Shown piece after piece: positions 37,376 to 47,603 of a stretch of DNA of 64,000 bases. The translations under genes were made by a program, and so were the position numbers. Source of the DNA: Marispirochaeta sp. (lineage in GTDB: Bacteria; Spirochaetota; Spirochaetia; JC444; Marispirochaetaceae). Below the pieces are notes generated by a model that made no database searches, was not told the DNA's origin, and worked only from the letters and a program-made list of their open reading frames with translations. The first letter of the stretch is position 1; every line of letters starts with the position of its first letter. Location of the stretch: positions 32,001-96,000 of the forward strand of contig CAXXFF010000002.1 of assembly GCA_963676835.2 (NCBI GenBank), in the 5' to 3' direction.

Positions 37376-38398
37376 ATGTTACAGACTGTTCTTCCAGAAG
37401 CCTATACTATTGAATACCGGGATGTTCCGGTTCCAGAAGTCGGTCCCGATGAGGTTCTGATTAAAATCAAACGATTCGGAATCTGCGGTTCGGATATTCA
37501 GATTTATCACGGTCTCCATAAATACATGACTTTTCCTGTTGTCCAGGGCCATGAAGCCTCAGGCACAATTGAAAAGGTCGGCGACAAGGTGACCGAATTC
37601 AAACCCGGCCAGAATGTTACCGTTCAGCCCCAGATCTTCTGCGGAACCTGTCAGCCCTGCAAAATGGGTCATGAGAATGTGTGCCAGAACCTGAAGGTTT
37701 ATGGCGTACATGTGGACGGAATGGCTCAGGACTATTTCGCCGTATCTGCAGAAAAGGTCATTCCCCTTCCAGACGGGTTCTCCTTCGACGACGGCGCCCT
37801 TATTGAGCCGATTGCGGTAGCAGTAGGTGCAATTAGACGCTGTGGCGATGTGTCCGGAAAGAATGTCTGCGTTCTCGGAGCAGGACCCATAGGTAACTTT
37901 GTTGCCCAGGTAGCCCAGGCCAAAGGCGCCAATGTAATGCTGACCGACATTAACGATAAAAAACTGAATCTGGCCAAATCAATGGGCGTAGAAAAGAGCA
38001 TCAATACTTCAGAGAAAACCCTGAAGGAAGCTATCGCTGATGTATTCGGAGTCAAGGGTGCGGACTTTATTATCGACTGTGCCGGTGCCCCTTTCAGCCT
38101 TACTTCTGCAATTCAGAGTGCCCGTCCTGCTTCTACAGTGGTAATCGTTGCCAACTTCAAGGTTCCTGTAGAAATTGAGATTCCCCTTATTCAGCGCCAG
38201 CAGATCAATGTGCTGGGTGTAATGATGTATGTGAAGGAAGATTTCTTTACCTCCGTCGACCTTGTACAGAAGGGACTGGTTAAAACCGAAGGCATCCTGA
38301 CAAAATACTACGATATTCATGAGCTTAAAGAAGCCTATGAGTTTATCGATGAAAACCGTCTTGATGTCATGAAGGTTATGATGACCTTTCCGGAATAG
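37376..38398 (+). CDS. Zinc-binding dehydrogenase (IdnD/sugar-acid type)
   Basis: GICGSD, GHE, CGTCQPC...C, GAGPIG. Confidence 0.9.
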   Translation: MLQTVLPEAYTIEYRDVPVPEVGPDEVLIKIKRFGICGSDIQIYHGLHKYMTFPVVQGHEASGTIEKVGDKVTEFKPGQNVTVQPQIFCGTCQPCKMGHENVCQNLKVYGVHVDGMAQDYFAVSAEKVIPLPDGFSFDDGALIEPIAVAVGAIRRCGDVSGKNVCVLGAGPIGNFVAQVAQAKGANVMLTDINDKKLNLAKSMGVEKSINTSEKTLKEAIADVFGVKGADFIIDCAGAPFSLTSAIQSARPASTVVIVANFKVPVEIEIPLIQRQQINVLGVMMYVKEDFFTSVDLVQKGLVKTEGILTKYYDIHELKEAYEFIDENRLDVMKVMMTFPE

Positions 38399-38421
38399 TC
38401 AGTAACTGATTATTCACTTAC

Positions 38422-38453
38422 AACTCCGGCTTTTCTGGCCGGAGTTTTTTTTT
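38422..38453 (+). terminator. Intrinsic terminator
   Basis: AACTCCGGC/GCCGGAGTT with a long T-tract. Confidence 0.88.
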
Positions 38454-38504
38454 GCTTATATATTAGCTTGCTTCCCTGTTCATTGCAGGCGTATATTTTC
38501 ACCC

Positions 38505-39377
38505 ATGGCATCAATCGTAAAAGTTGACAATCTGCGTAAACAATACGGAAGTCTTACTGCCGTTAACGGATTGTCATTTGAAATACCTGAAGGTGTTTGC
38601 TTCGGGCTGCTCGGCCCCAATGGAGCCGGAAAGACAACCACCATCGAGATGATGGAAGGCATCCTCAAGCCTACGGCGGGAACTATACTGTTCAGGGATG
38701 AACCCATCGGGGCTAACTTCCACGAAAAAGTGGGCATTCAGTTTCAGCATACCGCCCTGCAGGAGTTCATCACCGTTGAAGAGACAATAAAGCTCTTCTC
38801 AGCTCTCTACACCCGCCAGCGGGATCTGGATGAGATTATCGAAATCTGCAATCTGAAGGATATCCTCAAGCAGGATAACCGTAAGCTCTCAGGGGGACAG
38901 AGGCAGCGCCTCCTGCTTGCTCTGGCAATCGTCAACGATCCCGAACTTGTCTTTCTGGATGAACCGACTACAGGGCTGGACCCCCAGGCACGCCGCAATT
39001 TCTGGGCCCTTATCGAAAAAATAAAGGGCGAAGGAAAAACGGTCATTCTTACAACCCATTACATGGATGAAGCGGAAGAACTCTGCGATGACATCGCCAT
39101 AATGGATCAGGGTAAAATTATTGCCCGCAATTCTCCGTCTAAACTGCTGGCGGCGAACTTCACCGGGGTGATCGTAAAACTCCCCTGGAGAGAAGGACTG
39201 AACCTGCCCGAAGATGCCCGCCGGGTTAACGATCATGTGGAGATACACTCCGACGACGTGGATGCTACCCTGCACCACCTTATCCACGGTGGAGTTCACC
39301 TGGAAGGGCTCTCCATTCATGCCCCGGACCTGGAAGATCTATTCCTGAAGCTTACCGGCAGTTCCCTGAGAACCTGA
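38505..39377 (+). CDS. ABC-2 type exporter ATP-binding protein
   Basis: GPNGAGKT, LSGGQRQR, LDEPTTGLDP, TTHYMDEA. Confidence 0.95.
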   Translation: MASIVKVDNLRKQYGSLTAVNGLSFEIPEGVCFGLLGPNGAGKTTTIEMMEGILKPTAGTILFRDEPIGANFHEKVGIQFQHTALQEFITVEETIKLFSALYTRQRDLDEIIEICNLKDILKQDNRKLSGGQRQRLLLALAIVNDPELVFLDEPTTGLDPQARRNFWALIEKIKGEGKTVILTTHYMDEAEELCDDIAIMDQGKIIARNSPSKLLAANFTGVIVKLPWREGLNLPEDARRVNDHVEIHSDDVDATLHHLIHGGVHLEGLSIHAPDLEDLFLKLTGSSLRT

Positions 39378-39415
39378 AGCGAAAAGGCAATGAGACACAA
39401 AAGGAGAAACCTGTA

Positions 39416-40408
39416 ATGAGAAAATTTCTTGCCCTGCTCCACGCCAGAAACATGGAGTTTCTTCGGGACCGGGGTACCCTGTTCTGGAACCTGATTTTTC
39501 CCCTGTTTCTGGTTTTCGGCTTTGCCTTTGCCTTTTCCGGCGGGGACGAAGAACTCTTCAAGGCGGGCATTATCGGTAAAGACAGCAGCAGCACGGCCTT
39601 TCTGAAGGATCCCGTGGTCACACCCGTCACCTATGACTCCGTTGACGAAGCAGTTTCCAGGCTCAGGCATCACCAGCTTGATTTTGTCGTTGATTTTACA
39701 AGCGGCAGCTATTACATAAACGAGGAATCCGCCAAAGGACGTATAGCAGAGAAACTGCTTACAACGGACGGCACCACCGGCTTAAGCAGGGAAACCGTCA
39801 GCGGCCGGCCTATTCGCTATGTTGACTGGCTGGTCCCCGGGGTTATCGGCATGAACATGATGTTTTCCTGTATCTTCGGGGTAGGCTGGATCATTGTCCG
39901 CTACCGCAAAAACGGTGTACTCAAGCGGCTTAAAGCCACACCGGTAAAAGCCATTCAGTTTATCTCCGCCCAGATGGTATCCCGGCTGTACATTGTTCTC
40001 GGCACCGCCGCCTTCGTCTATATCGGCAGTAATGCAGCCCTCCACTTTATGATGCTCGGTTCCTACATCAACCTGATTCTGGTCACCATTGCGGCCACCC
40101 TCTGCATGATCAGCTTCGGACTTATTTTTGCCTCCCGGCTTAAAAGCGAGGAGCTTGCCAACGGCCTGATGAACCTTACAACCTGGCCGATGATGATCTT
40201 TTCCGGGGTATTCTTTTCCCTGGAGGGAACACCGGAAATTCTGCAGAAATTCTCCCTGGCACTGCCCCTGACTCACTATATAAAAGCCTCCCGGGCAATA
40301 ATGCTGGATGGAGCAGGCCTGCTGCAGGTTCTGCCCAACATTACGGTACTGCTGGCGCTTACCGCGGTTTTTCTGCTTATAAGCTCCATCAGCTTTAAAT
40401 GGGAATAG
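39416..40408 (+). CDS. ABC-2 type exporter permease
   Basis: YVDWLVPG, GVLKRLKATP, SGVFFS, LPLTH. Confidence 0.93.
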   Translation: MRKFLALLHARNMEFLRDRGTLFWNLIFPLFLVFGFAFAFSGGDEELFKAGIIGKDSSSTAFLKDPVVTPVTYDSVDEAVSRLRHHQLDFVVDFTSGSYYINEESAKGRIAEKLLTTDGTTGLSRETVSGRPIRYVDWLVPGVIGMNMMFSCIFGVGWIIVRYRKNGVLKRLKATPVKAIQFISAQMVSRLYIVLGTAAFVYIGSNAALHFMMLGSYINLILVTIAATLCMISFGLIFASRLKSEELANGLMNLTTWPMMIFSGVFFSLEGTPEILQKFSLALPLTHYIKASRAIMLDGAGLLQVLPNITVLLALTAVFLLISSISFKWE

Positions 40409-40463
40409 CCCCGGGTTGAGATAAGTATCCCCGGGGTACGTTCTTCCTGTTATACTTAAAGTT

Positions 40464-41600
40464 ATGGAAACAATACTCATTAAAAACGGCCGGATCTTTG
40501 ATGCGGCAGCGGGAACGTTTACCGCAGGCTCAGTTGCCGTGGCTGGCGGTAAAATTGCTGATCCCGAAAAAGTCTCCTCCCCGGATATCACCATTGACGG
40601 AACGGGTTGCATTGTCACCCCCGGGCTCATTGATGCCCATCTTCATATAAGCAGTCACGGAGGCGTACCCGTCGACCTTGCCTGTATTCCCAATGGTGTA
40701 ACCACTGCGCTTGACGGCGGCAGCTGTGGAGAAAGCAACTACCAGATTTTTCATTCACAGATAGCAGCCCCTTCATTAACAAGGGTTTATAGTGCCCTGA
40801 ATATGTCTTCCACCGGCCTCGGCACCTCTCAAGCACCGGAGAACCTTAATCCTGCCGGTTTTGCACCGGATCGGATAAAAGAGTGCTTTGTAACCTACCC
40901 CGACGAACTGATCTCCCTGAAAATACGGCTCTCAAAAGGTATTATTCCGGACAACGACACTTCCGCCCTGGAGGCGGCCCTGAACCTGGCAGACGAAATA
41001 GGCTGCAGCCTGACTGCTCACATAACCAATCCGGCTATCCCCCTGGAAACAGTAGCCTCCATGCTGCGGAAGGGCGATATCTTTTGTCACTGTTTTCAGG
41101 GAACCGGAGAAACCATATTGTCCGATAGAGGTGAGGTAAAACCTGCAATTATTGAAGCACGGGAACGGGGAGTTCTTTTTGATGCCTGCCACGGAATGGT
41201 GAACTTTGACAATAATGTAGCGGCAACGGCAATCCGCCAGGGCTTCTATCCGGACATTATCAGTACTGACTACAGCCCGAAAACCTTCTACCGCCCGCCG
41301 GTGGTTTCACTCCCAAGGCTTGTCTCCAAGTTTACCGCTCTTGGAATGAGCCTGGAAGAAACCCTGAAACGGGTAACCCTCAACCCGGCAAGAATGTTGG
41401 GAGCTGCTTCAGAACTGGGAGACCTGAGTCCTGAAAGCACTGCGGATATTGCGATTTTCAAGATTGAAGAAACAGCGCAGAAGTTTCCGGATTTCCAGGG
41501 GAATCCCCTTGAGGGGAATATTCAGCTTTCTCCAAAATGCACTATCAGAGAGGGCAAAATTCTCTATACCTCAGCAGATTTGGATATGACAACAGTATAG
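40464..41600 (+). CDS. Amidohydrolase/deacetylase (dihydroorotase-like superfamily)
   Basis: PGLIDAHLH, GVTTALDGGS, IISTD, TLNPARML, ADIAIF. Confidence 0.9.
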   Translation: METILIKNGRIFDAAAGTFTAGSVAVAGGKIADPEKVSSPDITIDGTGCIVTPGLIDAHLHISSHGGVPVDLACIPNGVTTALDGGSCGESNYQIFHSQIAAPSLTRVYSALNMSSTGLGTSQAPENLNPAGFAPDRIKECFVTYPDELISLKIRLSKGIIPDNDTSALEAALNLADEIGCSLTAHITNPAIPLETVASMLRKGDIFCHCFQGTGETILSDRGEVKPAIIEARERGVLFDACHGMVNFDNNVAATAIRQGFYPDIISTDYSPKTFYRPPVVSLPRLVSKFTALGMSLEETLKRVTLNPARMLGAASELGDLSPESTADIAIFKIEETAQKFPDFQGNPLEGNIQLSPKCTIREGKILYTSADLDMTTV

Positions 41601-41713
41601 CCCCGGAAATAATATTCATGCCTCTTATCTCCACATGTATCCATCTCTTGTAAAATCTGAATACGGTCATCATTGACAGGTGTAAAAGACCGCAATATAG
41701 TACAAGAATAGTT

Positions 41714-42100
41714 ATGAAAAAAGTTTCCATTCTCTACATTGATGATGAACGAATCAATCTCCTTGCATTTGAAGCCCTCTTCCGGCGCAACTACACGGTC
41801 CACTGTGCCGCCAGTGCTGAAGAAGGATTTACCTGCCTTACTCATAACACCATAGACTATATTTTCTGCGATCAGCAAATGCCCGAAATGTGCGGAACCG
41901 AATTCTTCCGCAAGGTAAAAAGTAAATTCCCGGAGATCCATTGCTGTATTCTTTCCGGCTACATTCAGGACCAAAGTATTAAAGCAGTGGAACAGGAAGG
42001 GATTATCGATAAAGCCTTCGAAAAACCCTTTAATCCGGGCATATTGGAAAAATACATAAACAAAACCTGTAAAAATGAAGCGGAATATCTGCGGAAATAA
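41714..42100 (+). CDS. Single-domain response regulator
   Basis: IDDE, CDQQMPEM, EKP. Confidence 0.9.
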   Translation: MKKVSILYIDDERINLLAFEALFRRNYTVHCAASAEEGFTCLTHNTIDYIFCDQQMPEMCGTEFFRKVKSKFPEIHCCILSGYIQDQSIKAVEQEGIIDKAFEKPFNPGILEKYINKTCKNEAEYLRK

Positions 42101-44381
42101 CATATTTTTTATTGGTCTCTTTTTTTGCTTTTTCTTTACCGGGATACCTCTGTCTGCAGATACTCCCCGGACAGTACGTATCGGCATTTATGAAAATCCC
42201 CCGAAGATATACACCGACCAGAAAGGAAAACCGGGGGGATTTCTTCCGGAGCTGCTTAAAAGAATAGCCGCAGAACAGGGATGGCAGCTTGAATGGGTTC
42301 ACGGAGACTGGGCAGAACTGCTGGATATGCTGGAAAAGGGCAGTATTGATATGATGCCGGATGTGGCCTTTTCCCCGGAAAGAATGTCCCGCTACCTGTT
42401 TAACCTTGAAGACATTTTTATCAACTGGGGCGTTGTATATTCACGGAACCGCTACCACCCCCAATCCTTTTTCGACCTTAACGGCAAGCGTGTTGCAGGG
42501 ATGAAAGGAGACATCCACATTGAAGGCAAAACCGGGATTATTGCACTTGCCCATTCCTTCGGAATAAATATCACCCTCATAGAAACAGGCAGCTACCGGG
42601 AAGCCTTTGAACTTATTAACAGCGGCGATGCTGATGCAGCGGTGGTGAACCGGATATTCGGCTCCACCTATGAAAATGAGTACGATATAAACCGGTCATC
42701 CATTGTATTCAACCCGGTCTCGATCCGCTGCGCCTTTCCTTTCACATGGCCGGAGGCCCCTCAGGTGATTAAAGAACTCGATGAGTCGCTGGCACTGTAT
42801 AAAGCGGACAAGGGCAGCATTTACTATAAACTCCTCGATACCTATCTTATCCGCTACATTGCTCATAAGGCGGTAATCCCCTTATGGCTGATTGTTCTTC
42901 TGTCCGGAGCCCTTGTTTTCGCTCTGGTGCTGGGAATTCTGCTTTTCAGACTCCGCAGGGAAATACACCGGAGAATAAACACAGAGAAAAAGCTTCGACT
43001 TGCCAGAGATGAAGCAGAAAAAGCAAACCGGGCAAAAACAATTTTCCTTGCCGGAATGACCCACGAACTGAGAACTCCAATGAACTCCATCCTGGGCTAC
43101 TCCGAACTTCTGCAGCGAAGCCCGGAACTCAGACCAGAGCAGAAAAAACAACTTGAGGCCATCAATTCCAGCGGGCAGCACCTGCTTAATCTGATAAATG
43201 AAGTGCTTGATATGTCCAGAATAGAGTCGGGAAAAATTTCTCTGGACCAGAAAAATTTCAATCTGTCGGGAGTAATTACGTCCTGCATCGAACAGATGCG
43301 TCCGGGAGCAGAACGGAACAATCAGAACCTGACACTTCTGGCCGGCCCGGGACTGCCGGAAAATATATTCAGCGATGAACTGAAGATCCGGCAGATTCTT
43401 CTCAACTTGCTGAGCAATGCGGTTAAATATGCCGACAGCGGTGTTATTGAGGTTATCTGCAGCCCGATACCCGGTTCAGAAAACATGATCCGTCTGGAAG
43501 TACTCGACTACGGACCGGGTATCCCCGAGACCGACGGGCAGCACCTTTTTGTCCCCTTTGAGCGGGGAATTCACAATAACAGCGGAACTTCCGGAGCCGG
43601 CCTCGGCCTTTCCTTAAGCCGCCGTTACGCCCGCGCTCTTGGCGGCGACCTTATCTATCAGGAGAACCCCCAGGGGGGAAGCATATTCTCTTTCAGCTTC
43701 AGCTTTCAGCCGGGAACCAACTCGGCGGACAGTTCTGTACCCCTGACAGGGGAGATTTCCGGGATCGCCCATGGAGAAACGCCTTTAAAGATCCTCCTTG
43801 TTGATGACCGTGAATCGAACCGGGATATCTTTTCGGAAATGCTGGTAAGTGCAGGCTTTTCGGTATTTACCGCCGGGAGCAGTTCAGAGTGCCTTTCGAT
43901 GATAAAGGAAACTCTCCCGGCCTGCATTCTTCTGGACATCCTCATGCCCGGGACCAGCGGAATTGAAACCACCCGTATTTTAAATACCCTGCCGGAAAGA
44001 AGGCAGTTCAAAATCATAGGCCTCAGCGCCAGTGCACTTCCGGAAGACCGGGACAGCATAATGAATGCAGGAGCCGACGATTTTCTCCTCAAACCCTGCA
44101 GCCGCCGGGATCTGCTGGAAACAATAAGCCGGACATGCGGTGTGAAGTATGCATACGAAAACGACGCAATAGAACCGGCCGAGATCAATATCCCGAATAT
44201 TGCCTTGCCCGATACCGGTAAGCTGCAGGAACTGATTGAAGCTGCCCGTATGGGCAACCGTAAAATGATCCTGGAAGCCCTGGAGTCAGAGGTTCCCCAT
44301 GAACTTTCTTCGGCTGTCCGGCTTTTAGCAGGAGAATACCGGTTTAAGGAAATTATCAGAGTTATTGAAGAGCTCAATTAA
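42075..44381 (+). CDS. Hybrid sensor kinase: periplasmic SBP_bac_3-like sensor, HisKA, HATPase, REC
   Basis: MTHELRTP, NAVKY, DYGPGI, GAGLGL, LDILMP. Confidence 0.95.
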   Translation: MKRNICGNNIFFIGLFFCFFFTGIPLSADTPRTVRIGIYENPPKIYTDQKGKPGGFLPELLKRIAAEQGWQLEWVHGDWAELLDMLEKGSIDMMPDVAFSPERMSRYLFNLEDIFINWGVVYSRNRYHPQSFFDLNGKRVAGMKGDIHIEGKTGIIALAHSFGINITLIETGSYREAFELINSGDADAAVVNRIFGSTYENEYDINRSSIVFNPVSIRCAFPFTWPEAPQVIKELDESLALYKADKGSIYYKLLDTYLIRYIAHKAVIPLWLIVLLSGALVFALVLGILLFRLRREIHRRINTEKKLRLARDEAEKANRAKTIFLAGMTHELRTPMNSILGYSELLQRSPELRPEQKKQLEAINSSGQHLLNLINEVLDMSRIESGKISLDQKNFNLSGVITSCIEQMRPGAERNNQNLTLLAGPGLPENIFSDELKIRQILLNLLSNAVKYADSGVIEVICSPIPGSENMIRLEVLDYGPGIPETDGQHLFVPFERGIHNNSGTSGAGLGLSLSRRYARALGGDLIYQENPQGGSIFSFSFSFQPGTNSADSSVPLTGEISGIAHGETPLKILLVDDRESNRDIFSEMLVSAGFSVFTAGSSSECLSMIKETLPACILLDILMPGTSGIETTRILNTLPERRQFKIIGLSASALPEDRDSIMNAGADDFLLKPCSRRDLLETISRTCGVKYAYENDAIEPAEINIPNIALPDTGKLQELIEAARMGNRKMILEALESEVPHELSSAVRLLAGEYRFKEIIRVIEELN

Positions 44382-44392
44382 GGAAGGAAGCT

Positions 44393-45634
44393 ATGTATAA
44401 CCCAGCGTCAACAGTATTTATCGCCGATGACAACCCGCGGAACCTGAGTCTTCTCTCATCTATTCTCGAGGAGGCAGGATACACCGTCCGCGCAGCCATT
44501 AGCGGAGGAGAACTGCTGGAAGGAATAGAGCTCTCCATTCCCGACCTGGTCATTCTGGATATTCATATGCCGAAGATGGACGGGTATGAGGTCTGCGAGG
44601 CCATGAAAGCAGATGAAAGATATAACGAAATCCCGGTGATTTTCTGCAGTGCGTTGAATGAAAGCTATAATATCGTTAAAGGCTTTGATGCGGGTGCGGT
44701 GGATTTTATCAGTAAGCCCTTCCGCAGCGAAGAGATCCTGGCCCGGGTAAAAACCCATCTGACCCTGCAGCAGCGGCACACTCAGCTGAAGAACGCACTG
44801 GAAACCCTCAAGGCGGCACAGCAGCAGCTGATTCAGACAGAAAAAATGACCAGCGTGGGTATTCTTACCGCCGGTATCGCCCATCAGATCAATAATCCGT
44901 TGAACTATATTGTAAACTCACTTGAAGGGTTCAAAAAGGATTTTGAAGATATTATCAGTCTGGTGGAATTTTACGGTGCCAACGAGGAACAGCAGAGCCC
45001 GGATTTTCAGGAAAAAGCAGAAGCTCTCCGAACAGAAATAGGCTACCCAAAACTGGTTGAAGAAATGAAGGCCCTCTTTGATGGAATATACACCGGCAGC
45101 ATGAAGGTTCATGAGACAATCAAGGCCCTCCAGGCATTTACCACCGATACCTCCGGAGAGGCTGTTGAAATCAGCGTGGAAGATGAAATACAACGGGCGG
45201 TTCTGATGATGGAGAACCAGTTTAACGGAACAGTAAGGCTCAACAGCAGTATCAGCAAACTCCCGGAAATAGAGGGAAGGCCGGGGACCATAAGTCAGGT
45301 GGTTATGCAGCTGCTGCAGAACGGCCTGGATGCAATCAAAGAGAAGGATCAACCGTCGGATAATGACGCAGTAAGCCTCAAGGCGGAAATAACCGGAGGC
45401 AGAGGCAACTCTCAGGTGGAAATACGGGTTCATGATACCGGAGCCGGCATGCAGGGGACTGCCGTTGAGCATGCCTTTGACCCATTCTTTACCACCAGTA
45501 AAACAAACCTGCGAAACGGACTGGGACTGACAAAATGCTACCGTATAGTCACCTCCCTGGGAGGAAGCCTTGAGTTTGACAGCACAGAAGATGACGGAAC
45601 AACTGTAACCATACGACTGCCTCTGCTGCGGTAA
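44393..45634 (+). CDS. REC-histidine kinase hybrid
   Basis: ADDN...LDIHMP; AGIAHQINNP, DTGAGM, FDPFFTT, GLGL. Confidence 0.93.
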   Translation: MYNPASTVFIADDNPRNLSLLSSILEEAGYTVRAAISGGELLEGIELSIPDLVILDIHMPKMDGYEVCEAMKADERYNEIPVIFCSALNESYNIVKGFDAGAVDFISKPFRSEEILARVKTHLTLQQRHTQLKNALETLKAAQQQLIQTEKMTSVGILTAGIAHQINNPLNYIVNSLEGFKKDFEDIISLVEFYGANEEQQSPDFQEKAEALRTEIGYPKLVEEMKALFDGIYTGSMKVHETIKALQAFTTDTSGEAVEISVEDEIQRAVLMMENQFNGTVRLNSSISKLPEIEGRPGTISQVVMQLLQNGLDAIKEKDQPSDNDAVSLKAEITGGRGNSQVEIRVHDTGAGMQGTAVEHAFDPFFTTSKTNLRNGLGLTKCYRIVTSLGGSLEFDSTEDDGTTVTIRLPLLR

Positions 45635-45738
45635 CCCGGCACTTTCTCACTATTTATGACATTTATTATTAGAATTTCCTCGACAGACACAGCTCATATC
45701 AGTATTTTATTAGCGATTAATACTGCAAGGATACTGTC

Positions 45739-46968
45739 ATGAACATTACCACCGTAACAGACGGCATATACCGCTTATCCGCAAACGTTGAAAACATTCT
45801 CTTTGAAGGTCTCTGGCCCATACCCAACGGGGTTTCCATGAACTCCTTTGTTGTAAAGGGTGAAAAAACCGCGATTATCGACGGGGTCTGCGGCTGGGAT
45901 GGTGTACCGGAGACCCTTATCGATCAGTTTAGCCAGGCAGGAATTAATCCGGATACCATTGATTACGTGATCATCAACCATATGGAGCCGGACCACTCCG
46001 GTTGGCTGGAAGCTTTCCGGAAGATCCGGCCGGACTTTACCGTGGTAACCAGCAAAAAGGCGGTGCCTCTGCTGGAAGCCTTTTTCGGCATAGAAAACGA
46101 GGTAATCGAAGTCGGCGACGGCGACAGTCTGGATCTTGGTGCCGGCCGGGTTCTGCAGTTTGCGGAAATTCCCAATGTACACTGGCCGGAGACCATCGCC
46201 ACCTTTGATTCTCTTTCCGGCACCCTCTTCCCCTGCGATGCCTTCGGGAGCTTCGGTTCAATTAATGACGCCCCTTATGATGATCAGCTGAGCGAAGATG
46301 ATCTGGCCTTTTTCGAGAATGAATCGGTCCGGTACTACTCAAACATTGTAGCGGCCTTCTCCATGCCGGTAAAAAAAGCAATTGCGAAATGTGCGGACCT
46401 GCCCATTAAAATAGTGGCTCCCGGCCATGGTATAGTCTGGAGGAAAAATCCACAGAAAATTATCGACGACTATATACGCTATGCAGACTATCAGAAGGGT
46501 CCGGCAAAAAACGAAGTAACCGTAATTTGGGGCTCCATGTACGGTATGACCGAAAAAGGAGTTGCCCCGGCGGTGGAAACCCTCCGCGCTGAAGGGCTTA
46601 CCGTTCACGTTCACCAGGTTCCGGAAAGCTCATGGGGGGATATACTCACCAGTGTATGGACCTCATCGGCAGTTGTTCTTGCCATGCCCACCTACGAGTA
46701 CAAGATGTTCCCTCCCATGGCGTCAGTTCTGGAAGAACTGGGCAAGAAGAAGGTACATAACCGCATAGCCTTCCGCTTCGGCTCATACGGCTGGTCCGGA
46801 GGAGCCCAAAAGGAGCTGGATGCAATCATGGAACGCTACAAAACAGGCTGGGAGTTTCTGGAGCCGGTGGAATTCAAGGGCAGTCCCGCAGAAGCAGACA
46901 TAGACAGGATACAGACTCAATGCCGCAGGGTAGCTGCTGCGGTAAACGAAGCAGTACTTACCGGCTAA
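45739..46968 (+). CDS. fprA: Class A flavodiiron protein
   Basis: HMEPDH, HWPET, CDAFG, PGHG; flavodoxin SMYGMT and GSYGWSG. Confidence 0.95.
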   Translation: MNITTVTDGIYRLSANVENILFEGLWPIPNGVSMNSFVVKGEKTAIIDGVCGWDGVPETLIDQFSQAGINPDTIDYVIINHMEPDHSGWLEAFRKIRPDFTVVTSKKAVPLLEAFFGIENEVIEVGDGDSLDLGAGRVLQFAEIPNVHWPETIATFDSLSGTLFPCDAFGSFGSINDAPYDDQLSEDDLAFFENESVRYYSNIVAAFSMPVKKAIAKCADLPIKIVAPGHGIVWRKNPQKIIDDYIRYADYQKGPAKNEVTVIWGSMYGMTEKGVAPAVETLRAEGLTVHVHQVPESSWGDILTSVWTSSAVVLAMPTYEYKMFPPMASVLEELGKKKVHNRIAFRFGSYGWSGGAQKELDAIMERYKTGWEFLEPVEFKGSPAEADIDRIQTQCRRVAAAVNEAVLTG

Positions 46969-47000
46969 AACCTCGAAGTAATAAGTTTCATACTGAAGAT

Positions 47001-47025
47001 CGCCCCTTTTTCGGGGCGTTTTTTT
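47001..47025 (+). terminator. Intrinsic terminator
   Basis: CGCCCC/GGGGCG followed by T7. Confidence 0.8.
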
Positions 47026-47109
47026 ATACTTTCGCACAAAGTTAATTGACATTAACGCTTAATGCGCATAAACTTTGTTCATCCTAATTTACTTTGGAGG
47101 ACCAACCAT

Positions 47110-47358
47110 ATGGTTCCAACATCTGCCACCATGGCACAGGTAAAAGCAGGCCGTTGCTGTAGAATCCACGGTCTTGGTAAAGGCCGCAGCTTCCGGGCAC
47201 GCATGGTAGCTCTGGGAGTTCGCCCGGGTGCACATTTAAAGGTTGTCAGCGGCTGTGGAGACGGCCCGCGTATTGTTGAACTGGGCAGACAGCGAATCAT
47301 GATCGGCGCGGAGATGCTCCACCACATATATATCAATGAGGAAGGAATGGAGAGATGA
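47110..47358 (+). CDS. feoA: FeoA family protein
   Basis: RMVALGVRPG...GP...RIMIG; ATG follows GGAGG; upstream of feoB. Confidence 0.88.
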   Translation: MVPTSATMAQVKAGRCCRIHGLGKGRSFRARMVALGVRPGAHLKVVSGCGDGPRIVELGRQRIMIGAEMLHHIYINEEGMER

Positions 47359-47603
47359 GTAAAGCAGAAACAGTAAGCCTGGCCGGAATGAAACCCGGAG
47401 AAGGCGCAGTAATTACAGGCTACCGGGCAGGCGGCAAAGAGTACCGCAGGAAGCTGCTGTCCTTCGGTCTGACCGCCGGGACCAGAATAACCCTGGTAAA
47501 AAAGGCACCCATGGGGGACCCCGTAGAAATCAGTGTTCGGGGCTACTCTCTGTCACTTCGTAAATCAGAGGCTGAAGTACTTGAGCTGAGGAGCAAAATA
47601 TGA
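47355..47603 (+). CDS. feoA: FeoA family protein
   Basis: KLLSFGLTAG, APMGDP, LSLRKSEA. Confidence 0.93.
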   Translation: MSKAETVSLAGMKPGEGAVITGYRAGGKEYRRKLLSFGLTAGTRITLVKKAPMGDPVEISVRGYSLSLRKSEAEVLELRSKI

